From the NCBI GenBank assembly GCA_050290185.1, contig JBNKHE010000010.1:32001-96000 (forward strand): 64,000 bases of DNA, read 5' to 3'. The translations under genes and the position numbers were made by a program. Positions 19,498-28,094 of this stretch are shown here, piece after piece. Each line of letters starts with the position of its first letter. Within the stretch, counting starts at the first letter, position 1. Source of the DNA: Pontiella sp. GTDB lineage: Bacteria > Verrucomicrobiota > Kiritimatiellia > Kiritimatiellales > Pontiellaceae. A model generated the notes under the pieces. It was given only the letters and a program-made list of their open reading frames with translations, was not told the DNA's origin and made no database searches.

Positions 19498-20505
19498 ATG
19501 AAGAAAAACCATGTTTGGTTGTTGGGTAGGCATTGTCTGGTGGCGGTATTCTTTTTCACACTGACATTCAGTGGCTATGGAAAGAATGGTGCCGACATTG
19601 CCGGAACCGCATATCTCTTTTCATCTTTCCGGGGGAACGGCGAGGATGGATTGCATCTGGCCTACAGTCATGACGGCCTGAAATGGACGGCGCTCAAGGG
19701 CGATACTTCGTTTCTGAAACCGCAGGTCGGGGGAAGGCTCATGCGCGATCCGTGCGTCGTTCGGGGACCGGATGGTACCTTCCATATGGTCTGGACGGAC
19801 AGTTGGACCGGCACGACGATCGGCTATGCCTCGACCCGGGATTTCATCCATTGGTCGGAGCAGAAGTCGATTCCGGTCATGGCGCAGGAGCCGACGTCAA
19901 AGAACTGCTGGGCGCCCGAAATCGTTTATGACCGCAAGCGCGATCGGTTCATGATCTTCTGGGCCACAACGATTCCTGAAAAATTCACCGAAACCTGGTT
20001 CGATGGAAAGAACGACAACAACCACCGTATCTACGCCACCACCACGAAGGACTTTGAATCGTTTACGCCCACAAAACTGTTTTTCGAGCCCGGCTTCAAC
20101 GTCATTGATTCCACGCTGCTTGTTCTGAAGGGCAAGGTATTTATGTTTTTCAAGGACGAGACCCGCTACCAGGATGCGAAGAAAAACCTTCGTCTTGCGG
20201 TGGCGAACGATATTGCGGGCCCCTACAAGGTGGCGTCCAAACCTGTCACGTCACCGGGCGAGTGGGTCGAAGGGCCGACTGCGATCCGGATCGGCGACTA
20301 TGTCTATGTCTATTATGATTCGTACAAGAACAAGCATTATGGTGCGCTCCGCTCGCGCGACATGCGGAACTGGGAGGATGTGACCGGGCAACTGATCATG
20401 CCCAAGGGCATCCGGCACGGGACGGCATTTGCAGTTTCCAACGATATTTTGGATGCATTGCTGGCGGGGGATACCTCCGATGTAAACGGCCACGTAGATG
20501 ACTAG
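19498..20505 (+). CDS. GH43-family glycoside hydrolase
   Basis: DGLHLAYS, MRDP, WAPEI, VIDST, VEGPT, IRHGT. Confidence 0.85.
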   Translation: MKKNHVWLLGRHCLVAVFFFTLTFSGYGKNGADIAGTAYLFSSFRGNGEDGLHLAYSHDGLKWTALKGDTSFLKPQVGGRLMRDPCVVRGPDGTFHMVWTDSWTGTTIGYASTRDFIHWSEQKSIPVMAQEPTSKNCWAPEIVYDRKRDRFMIFWATTIPEKFTETWFDGKNDNNHRIYATTTKDFESFTPTKLFFEPGFNVIDSTLLVLKGKVFMFFKDETRYQDAKKNLRLAVANDIAGPYKVASKPVTSPGEWVEGPTAIRIGDYVYVYYDSYKNKHYGALRSRDMRNWEDVTGQLIMPKGIRHGTAFAVSNDILDALLAGDTSDVNGHVDD

Positions 20506-20602
20506 GAGTCAGGCGCATTCAGGTGAATCGGAAAGGGCCGGGTCTCTGCGGCTAACCATCCGAAGGGGAACTGTGAATATGTATAAAGGAGGGGCAATAC
20601 CG

Positions 20603-21559
20603 ATGAAAGCAGCCCGGTTTATTTTGTTGTGCGGATTTATCGGATCCGCCGTTGCGGCCCACGCGACCAACCCGATCTTTACCGATATGTTCACCGCAGA
20701 CCCGGCCGCGACGGTCGTCGGGAATACGGTTTATGTCTACGTGGGGCATGATGACGCGAGTCCCGGGCAAATGTTCAATATGCCGGAGTGGCTTTGCTAC
20801 TCGACGAGGGATATGAAGACGTGGACCGCGCACGGCCCTATCATGCGGCCCGAAGACTTCAAGTTTGCCCGCGCAGGAGTGGCATGGGCCGGGCAAATGG
20901 TGGAAAAGAACGGGAAATACTACTTCTACGCCACGCTCCGTCGTAACAATAACAACGAACACTGCATTGGTGTGGCCGTAAGCGACAAGCCGACCGGCCC
21001 GTTCAAGGATGCCCGTGGAACACCCCTCATCACCGACGGCATGACCACCGATTCTCGTCGCCCAAATGCCGACATCGATCCGACGGTCTTCATCGATGAC
21101 GACGGCACTCCGTGGATCATGTGGGGCAACGGCGACTTCTATTTGGCGAAACTGAAGCGCAATATGATCGAGCTGGACGGCCCCGTCCAAAAGATGCCGC
21201 ACGAGAACGTTGCGGAAGGCCCGTGGCTCTTCAAGCGCAACGGCATATACTATAATGTCTACGCTGCCGACGTACCGGGCACGAAGCCGGAGCAGATCGC
21301 CTATTCAACGGCCCCTGCGGTCACCGGCCCCTGGACGTATCGCGGGCTGGTCACCGGTCCCGCGAAGCGTGGTTTTACGATTCATCCAGCCGTCATTGAG
21401 TTTAAAGGCCAGTGGTACTTTTTCTACCATGATGGTTCAACGTCCTTGAACGGCACACCAGGCGCCGATGGACGCCGGTCTGTCTGCCTCGAATATCTTG
21501 AATTCAACAAGGACGACTCCATCAAGCCTATTGTTCAGACCCGTGAAGGCGTTAAGTAG
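20603..21559 (+). CDS. GH43 xylosidase/arabinosidase (subfamily 29-like)
   Basis: Likely start MKAARFILL at 20603; NPIFTDMFTADPA, IDPTVFIDDDG, EGPWL, HPAVIEFKGQWYFFYH. Confidence 0.85.
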   Translation: MKAARFILLCGFIGSAVAAHATNPIFTDMFTADPAATVVGNTVYVYVGHDDASPGQMFNMPEWLCYSTRDMKTWTAHGPIMRPEDFKFARAGVAWAGQMVEKNGKYYFYATLRRNNNNEHCIGVAVSDKPTGPFKDARGTPLITDGMTTDSRRPNADIDPTVFIDDDGTPWIMWGNGDFYLAKLKRNMIELDGPVQKMPHENVAEGPWLFKRNGIYYNVYAADVPGTKPEQIAYSTAPAVTGPWTYRGLVTGPAKRGFTIHPAVIEFKGQWYFFYHDGSTSLNGTPGADGRRSVCLEYLEFNKDDSIKPIVQTREGVK

Positions 21560-21594
21560 TCTCCCGGAACGGTATGAAAAACAAGGAATTTTAA

Positions 21595-21876
21595 ATGAAT
21601 GGATTAACAAAAGCAGGTCTGCTGATCACCATGTTCTGCGGGTTGATCGCAACGGCGGATTCGGAGACCGTAACGATCGATCTGAACAAAAGCAAAGAGA
21701 TCAGCCCGCTCCTGATGGACGTTTTCTTCGAAGACCTGAATTATGCCGGCGATGGCGGGCACGACGAAGTGATCCTTCGCACGCCGCATCGGGATGAAAA
21801 AACGGTCCGTGCACGCTATCTGAAGTTGACGGTTTTGACAGGCGAGCCGGGGCTCTGGGAATTCCGGGGTTACTAA
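21595..21876 (+). pseudogene. Chimeric remnant: GH51 N-terminus fused to an F5/8-domain tail
   Basis: Signal peptide plus ISPLLMDVFFEDLNYAGDGG (compare the GH51 genes at 28095 and 39477), joined to HDEVILRTPHRDEKTVRARYLKL...GLWEFRGY (compare the end of 17471..19408). Confidence 0.8.
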
Positions 21877-21935
21877 TGGAGGATCCCTGCGGAAGCCATT
21901 CAATGCAGGGGCATAATTTTAGAAGGAGAAGTTTG

Positions 21936-24044
21936 ATGTATACGACGACCCGAAGCGGGAAGGGAGTTCTGGTTGCTGCGGCTTTGCTGGCGTGGTTCGC
22001 TCCCGTGTGCCCGACCCAGGCTCAGCACCGGGATGTGAAACGTCCGGACGAATGGAAAAACCTGGCGTTGGGTGCACGCTTCATGGACCGCATTGCGCCG
22101 ATGCCCTACATTGGAAAACCCGTGGATGACACGTGGGGGAATCCGGAAGTGCGGCCGCGCGACATTCTCAACGGTATCGAGGATCCGGCATGGTCCTACT
22201 GGGGCGGAAACATCCTGCTTGGCCCCGACGGGCTCTACCACCAGTTTGTGTGCCGGTGGGCCGAAGACAATCCGCAAGGGCATTGGGCGTGGCGGGGATC
22301 GGAGCTGGTCCATGCGGTTTCGGAGAATAGACTGGGGCCGTTCAAGGCCGGACCGGTTATCGGCCCGGGACACAACCCGGAAGCCTATGTCGCCAAGGAC
22401 GGTCGCTATGTCTGCTATGTGATCGGCGCCTACTACATCGCCGACCGTCTGGAAGGGCCGTGGGAAAGACGGGAATTTGAATTTGACGCACGGGATCGCC
22501 GCATTGTGGAAGGACTGTCGAACCTCAGCTTCACCCAGCGCGAGGATGGATCTTACCTGATGGCCTGCCGCGGCGGCGGGATCTGGTGCAGCAAGGATGG
22601 CCTAGGCCCCTGGGAACAGGTTACTCAGGGCAGCAACTATCCCAAGGTGCGGGGGCGTTTCGAAGATCCCGTGATCTGGCGCGGCCCGGTGCAGTACCAC
22701 ATGATCGTGAACGACTGGATGGGCCGCATCGCCTACCATCTGCGCTCCAAAAACGGCGTGCAATGGAAGGTCGATTCCGGCGAGGCCTACATGCCGGGCG
22801 TGTCTGTCTATGAAGATGGAAAGAAGGAGTTGTGGTACAAATACGAGCGACCCAAGGTATTCTTGGACGAGTACCGGCGTGCCGTTCAGATCAACTTCGC
22901 GGTCATCGACTCGCCGAAGGGCGATGACAAACCAAGCGACAACCACAACTCAAAGAACATCGGCATTCCGCTCGTCAAGCCCCGGCTGCTTACGTTGCTG
23001 ACGCCCGAAATCACGTCCGTGACCAAGGAGATCCGTGTGCGCGTCGCCGCCGAAAAGGATTTCAACCCCCGAACCGATATGGACTTGGAATCGCTGCGGT
23101 TCGGTGCGCCTGAGGAAGTGGATTACGGGCGGGGCTGCCGTCTGTTGAAAACGGAGCCGGCCGGCGACGGCCTGGTCCTGGTCTTTGTGACGGAAGGGAA
23201 TGGCTTCGATGCGGACAATTTTTCCGGCAAGTTGCTGGGACGCACCGCCAAGGGCGGTCTCCTGTTCGGCTATTCCCGGTTGCCGTGGGTTGAATATGAA
23301 CTGCCCATCCTATCCACCCGCAAGGCCGCGATCACCCGGAAGGACAACAAGCACCTGAAGGCTGCGGTGGAGGTGAGCAATTTTGGTCCGGTGGCCTCCG
23401 ATGCCGCCCGGCTGGATATCGATGTGCTGGATTCGGAGGATCAGCTGGTCTTTAAGGCGAGCGCACCCTGTCCCGCCTTGCAGCCGTATGAAAAAACAAC
23501 GGTTACGATCGCCCTGGATGCAGCCAAACTCAAGCTTTTGGAAAGCTACACCCTGCGCAGTTCGGTCGCCTACCGGCACGAAGAGCCGCTGGTCTATGAG
23601 GAGCAACGCGTACTGCTCGACAAGCCGTCCGTGCGGGGCGACGCAACCTTCGAGCTGGCCAGCGGGCAGCATCCCGGCGACAAGGAAGGGGTGGACAAGC
23701 TGACGGACGGCGATGTCGGCACGAAACTCTGCGTCGAGACGGACGGCGATCCCGTTGAATTGACGATCAAGCTTGAAAAGCCGGCCGCGGCGACGTGCGT
23801 TTCTCTGGAGACGGCCCGCGATACCCCCAACCGCGATCCGCGCCAGTGGTCGGTCGAAGGAAGCCGGGATGGACATGCCTGGCGGAAATTGGGGGACTTT
23901 ACGTTCGAGAAGCCGATCAACAAGCGATGCTGGCGAGTGTCCGTCAAATTCAGGAACACGGTGCGATACCGGTATTATCGGCTGGTGTTCCAAGATACCC
24001 AGGGCGATTCACTGTTCCAGCTGGCCGAGCTGGACCTGCATTGA
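21936..24044 (+). CDS. Secreted five-bladed propeller glycoside hydrolase (GH43/clan F-J-like) with C-terminal Ig-like and F5/8-like domains
   Basis: ATG at 21936 after AAGGAG; YWGG, GHNP, FEDPVIW, YERPKV; C-terminal RDPRQWSVEGS...YRYYRL...QLAEL. Confidence 0.7.
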   Translation: MYTTTRSGKGVLVAAALLAWFAPVCPTQAQHRDVKRPDEWKNLALGARFMDRIAPMPYIGKPVDDTWGNPEVRPRDILNGIEDPAWSYWGGNILLGPDGLYHQFVCRWAEDNPQGHWAWRGSELVHAVSENRLGPFKAGPVIGPGHNPEAYVAKDGRYVCYVIGAYYIADRLEGPWERREFEFDARDRRIVEGLSNLSFTQREDGSYLMACRGGGIWCSKDGLGPWEQVTQGSNYPKVRGRFEDPVIWRGPVQYHMIVNDWMGRIAYHLRSKNGVQWKVDSGEAYMPGVSVYEDGKKELWYKYERPKVFLDEYRRAVQINFAVIDSPKGDDKPSDNHNSKNIGIPLVKPRLLTLLTPEITSVTKEIRVRVAAEKDFNPRTDMDLESLRFGAPEEVDYGRGCRLLKTEPAGDGLVLVFVTEGNGFDADNFSGKLLGRTAKGGLLFGYSRLPWVEYELPILSTRKAAITRKDNKHLKAAVEVSNFGPVASDAARLDIDVLDSEDQLVFKASAPCPALQPYEKTTVTIALDAAKLKLLESYTLRSSVAYRHEEPLVYEEQRVLLDKPSVRGDATFELASGQHPGDKEGVDKLTDGDVGTKLCVETDGDPVELTIKLEKPAAATCVSLETARDTPNRDPRQWSVEGSRDGHAWRKLGDFTFEKPINKRCWRVSVKFRNTVRYRYYRLVFQDTQGDSLFQLAELDLH

Positions 24045-24172
24045 GCCCTTTACGGAGAGATAGAGCGCGTGAATGCGCTTCCGCCCTGAACGGGCAATGA
24101 ATGGCAGTAGGTTGTATGGGGCAGGTTGCATAGCGGATGCAATCAACCAAAAAAATGGAGACGAATACCGAT

Positions 24173-25375
24173 ATGGAAAAGAAAACGAAAAAACGGTTTT
24201 TCCTTAATCACAGGAAATCAAGCGCACTGGTGGTCAGCATCGCGATCCATGCCGTGTTTATTGCAGTGGCGCTGGTCTGCGTGGCGGTATCGGTGGTTCA
24301 ACGGAATGAAGTGGAGTTTGTGCCCGAGCCGGTAAACCGCCCGAAGTTGAGGCTTCGTACGCTACAGGTTCCGGCCAACATGAAGAAGCCCCAGCGGGCG
24401 CCAAAGCTTCGACAAAATCTTGTCGCCAAACCCAGGACGCCGACCATGGATATCAAGATGCCGGAGATTGTCGGCGTCAAGGGCGGTCTGGGCGGCGGTT
24501 CCGGCACCGGTGGTGGCAGTCTGGGTTTTGGATTCGAAATGCCGAGTCTGTGGGGCGGCGACCAGCCGGGCAATGGAAACGAGTTTGTCGGGACGTTCTT
24601 CGATCTCAAGCAGTTCAAGGATGGTAGTCCGTCGGAGATTGGAGCCTTGCTGCAGGAAGAAAAAAGGGGGGACGCGACCGGTATCTGTAACGAAATAATC
24701 GGCCGTTTCATCCGGACCGGCTTCAATCCGAAGCGGTTCAGTGACTATTTCAAGGCTCCCAAGTTGAAATATGCAACGGCCTTTTCGATGCCCTATATGC
24801 CGGCCGACGAGGCGCCTAAGGCCTACGATGTCGCGCAGCAGGTTCAACCCGGCTACTGGGTTTGCCAGTATAAGGGACGGATAGCAGCGCCGGAAGACGG
24901 TAAATACCGTTTCTGGGGGTTGGGGGACGACGTGCTGGCCGTCAGGATCGGAACCCAGCTCGTCATCGATGCCTGCTGGGCTGCCCACGAAGGCGGGATG
25001 AGCGATTGGCACAGTCGCGATCCGGACAACCGCAAGTTTTCGAGCGACACGGGTTATAGGGGGGCGGACGCCGCGTACATGAACGCCGACTCCAGGCTGG
25101 TGATCGGCGACTGGTTCGATCTCAAGAAAGGCAAGCCCGTCGATATCGACATCCTGATCGGCGAAATACCCGGGGGATGGTTTTCCTGCCGCCTGCTCAT
25201 TGAACAGAGGGGCAAGGAGTACCCCATGGTGGAATCGGACGCGGGGCTGCGTCCGGTGCTGCCTATCTTCAAGACGGCTCCGATCGACGAAAAGCTTTTG
25301 TCCCAGATGAAAATCAATCCCGACATCGCAACGGCCGAAGGCCCCGTCTTCGGGGTACTGACGAATACCAGATAG
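24173..25375 (+). CDS. Membrane-anchored protein with Pro/Lys-rich stalk, Gly linker and PA14-like domain
   Basis: TM SALVVSIAIHAVFIAVALVCVAVSVV, a basic Pro-rich segment, GGLGGGSGTGGG, then YKGRIAAPEDGKYRFWGLGDD (PA14-like). Start uncertain (24137, 24155 or 24173). Confidence 0.65.
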   Translation: MEKKTKKRFFLNHRKSSALVVSIAIHAVFIAVALVCVAVSVVQRNEVEFVPEPVNRPKLRLRTLQVPANMKKPQRAPKLRQNLVAKPRTPTMDIKMPEIVGVKGGLGGGSGTGGGSLGFGFEMPSLWGGDQPGNGNEFVGTFFDLKQFKDGSPSEIGALLQEEKRGDATGICNEIIGRFIRTGFNPKRFSDYFKAPKLKYATAFSMPYMPADEAPKAYDVAQQVQPGYWVCQYKGRIAAPEDGKYRFWGLGDDVLAVRIGTQLVIDACWAAHEGGMSDWHSRDPDNRKFSSDTGYRGADAAYMNADSRLVIGDWFDLKKGKPVDIDILIGEIPGGWFSCRLLIEQRGKEYPMVESDAGLRPVLPIFKTAPIDEKLLSQMKINPDIATAEGPVFGVLTNTR

Positions 25376-25479
25376 TTCCAGAATGTCAGGGAAGTCGAAT
25401 ACTGCGGGAGTGGAATTGCCGTACATTTATAATAAACACGCCAGTCTCGGATGCTGTTCCGGCTGAGAAAAAGGAAAAC

Positions 25480-28077
25480 ATGATTAAAAGATATATGCTC
25501 TCCCTGATTGCGATCGCAACCGCTATGGGAACCTATGCGGCCGGTCCGGCCGGTTACCTGTTCGTCACCTTTGGCGGCCAGCCCAACGAACTTAACGAAC
25601 AGATCTATTTTTCGACCAGCCGCGACGGACGCGAGTGGACTCTGCTGAATAACGGGGATCCCGTGCTCGTTTCCGACATTGGCACGAAAGGCGTGCGCGA
25701 TCCCTATCTGCTGCGTTCCCACGACGGCAGAAAATTCTATATCATTGCCACCGACCTCTCGACGCACTATCTCCATAACTGGGGCCGCGCTGTGCGCGAA
25801 GGCAGCCATTCCCTAGTGATCTGGGAGTCGAGCGATCTGGTAAACTGGTCCGAGCCGCGCCTGGTTGACGTCGCTCCCGATGACGCCGGCTGCACCTGGG
25901 CACCCGAGGCAATCTACGACGAGGAAAACGGCGACTACCTCGTCTTCTGGGCCTCCACCACCGCGCGCGACGGCTTCCGGAAACAACGCATCTGGGCCGC
26001 CCGCACCAAGGACTTCAAGACCTTTGGCGAACCTTTCATCTACATCGAGAAACCCAACGCAGTCATCGATACCACCATCGTCCGCGACGGCAAGGCCTAC
26101 TACCGCTTTACCAAGGACGAGCGGCATAAGTCCATCTTCATGGAAACGGCCCCGCGCCTCTCCGGTCCCTGGACCGACGTCCCCGGCTACAACCTCGGCA
26201 AGCTTACCGGCTACGAAGGGCCGGAGATCTATCAACTTGAAGCCGCGCGTCCCGGCAAGCCTTCCGTCTGGGGCCTCATTTTCGACAACTACGGAGACCG
26301 GGGCTATGTCCCCTGGATCACAACCAATCTAGCCGAGGGTAAATTCCAGCCTGCCGAGGGCTTCAGCTTCCCCTTCAAGTTCCGGCACGGCTTCGTTCTT
26401 CCCCTGACGGCCAAGGAATACAAGACCATCATGGCCCGCTGGCCCGGCAACCCCGTCGTGAGCCTCTCTCCCTACGGACAGCCGGAACGTACCGTCCGCC
26501 ATGGCCGCTTCCATCTGCGGCTCGACGAAAACGTCAGCCCCGCCGAGGACGGTCGCTGGCTTCTCGCCTCCGGCCTCGACGGCGGCAGCGACACCGTCTC
26601 CTTCCGCTCGGCCAACTTTCCCGACCACTACATCAACCCGGCCGCCGAAGGCATCAATGTCCTGCCCAACGACGGTACGCGCGACTTCGCCGAGCAGACC
26701 AGTTTTGTCCGCGTGCCTGGTCTGGCTTCCAAGGAAGGGGTTTCGTTTCGCCTCAAAGCCGAACCCGACCATTATCTCAAGGCCGGGCCTTCCGGCGTGA
26801 CCATCGGTCCGGTCTCCACCAGCGCCGACCGCGAGTCCGCCACCTTCAAGCTGTCCACCGGCGAAAAACAGCAGGCGGGGCAGGGCGATCAACCGCCGGC
26901 CCTCGTACCGACCGCTGAGGAAGCCCGGCCGATCAACGTCGAGGCCTCTTCCGACGCCGTCGTTGTGCCGGTCCAGGGCAATACCGACCTGCGCGCCTTC
27001 GACCCGCTCTTCGCGCCCATACCCAATTGCGAGGTCGCGCCCATAGGCCCGCAAAACTTCTCAGCCGGGCCCGTGTCCTACACACTCACGCCCGCCGACG
27101 GCAGCCCTGTCAAAAAAATCAACGTTTCCGTCGTAGCGCGCAACAATCCGGTCATCCCCGGCTACTTCGCCGATCCTGACATTATCTATTCGCAGAAGAA
27201 CAAACGCTTCTATCTCTATCCCACCACCGACGGCGTCACCGACTGGAACGGTTCGGTCTTCCACACCTTCTCCTCCGGAAACCTGGTGGACTGGAAGGAT
27301 GAAGGCGTGATCCTTGATCTCGGCCCCGACGTTTCCTGGGCCAACCGCCGCGCCTGGGCTCCCTGCATCATCGAAAAGAAGGTCAGAAACGAGTACCGCT
27401 ATTTTTATTACTTTTGCGGCGAACAAAAAATCGGTGTGGCCGTCGCCTCCGACCCCGCCGGTCCCTTCAAGGACAGCGGTCGACCCATGATCGATAAGCT
27501 CCCGGCTGGCGTTCGCTGGGGCCAGCAAATCGATCCCGCCGTCTTCCGGGATCCGAAGTCCGGCAAGTATTACCTGTACTGGGGCAACAATTACCTCGCC
27601 GTTGCCGAGCTTTCTGACGATATGCTCTCGATCAAGGAGGACACGATCAAAATCATGACTCCCGACAAAACCTTCCGCGAGGGCATCACCGTCTTCTTTC
27701 GCAAAGGCCGTTACTACTTCCTCTGGTCGGAAGACGACACCCGCAGCCCCAACTACCGCGTGCGCTATGCGGTTTCCAAGTCGCCGACGGGCCCGTTGAC
27801 GATTCCCGAAAACAATATCGTGATCGAAAAGAAGCCCGAGGACGGCATCCACGCCACCGGCCATAACTCGACGATCCAGATTCCCGGCCGTGACGAATGG
27901 TATATCGTCTATCACCGCTTCAACTATCCTAAGGGCATCGATATGGGCCGCGAAGCCGGCTACCATCGCGAGGTCTGCATCGACAAAATGGAGTTTGATG
28001 CAGACGGCCACATTATTCAGGTAACGCCCACCCACAAGGGCATTGAGCCGGTCGAACTGAGGGGTTCGTCGCATTAA
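25480..28077 (+). CDS. Bimodular GH43 - AbfB/CBM42 - GH43 enzyme
   Basis: First GH43 is a paralog of 14761. SFRSANFPDHYI...SFVRVPGLA is AbfB-like. Second GH43 has NPVIPGYFADP, WAP, IDP, FREG, TGHNS. Confidence 0.85.
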   Translation: MIKRYMLSLIAIATAMGTYAAGPAGYLFVTFGGQPNELNEQIYFSTSRDGREWTLLNNGDPVLVSDIGTKGVRDPYLLRSHDGRKFYIIATDLSTHYLHNWGRAVREGSHSLVIWESSDLVNWSEPRLVDVAPDDAGCTWAPEAIYDEENGDYLVFWASTTARDGFRKQRIWAARTKDFKTFGEPFIYIEKPNAVIDTTIVRDGKAYYRFTKDERHKSIFMETAPRLSGPWTDVPGYNLGKLTGYEGPEIYQLEAARPGKPSVWGLIFDNYGDRGYVPWITTNLAEGKFQPAEGFSFPFKFRHGFVLPLTAKEYKTIMARWPGNPVVSLSPYGQPERTVRHGRFHLRLDENVSPAEDGRWLLASGLDGGSDTVSFRSANFPDHYINPAAEGINVLPNDGTRDFAEQTSFVRVPGLASKEGVSFRLKAEPDHYLKAGPSGVTIGPVSTSADRESATFKLSTGEKQQAGQGDQPPALVPTAEEARPINVEASSDAVVVPVQGNTDLRAFDPLFAPIPNCEVAPIGPQNFSAGPVSYTLTPADGSPVKKINVSVVARNNPVIPGYFADPDIIYSQKNKRFYLYPTTDGVTDWNGSVFHTFSSGNLVDWKDEGVILDLGPDVSWANRRAWAPCIIEKKVRNEYRYFYYFCGEQKIGVAVASDPAGPFKDSGRPMIDKLPAGVRWGQQIDPAVFRDPKSGKYYLYWGNNYLAVAELSDDMLSIKEDTIKIMTPDKTFREGITVFFRKGRYYFLWSEDDTRSPNYRVRYAVSKSPTGPLTIPENNIVIEKKPEDGIHATGHNSTIQIPGRDEWYIVYHRFNYPKGIDMGREAGYHREVCIDKMEFDADGHIIQVTPTHKGIEPVELRGSSH

Positions 28078-28094
28078 AAAAAGAGGAATGAACA

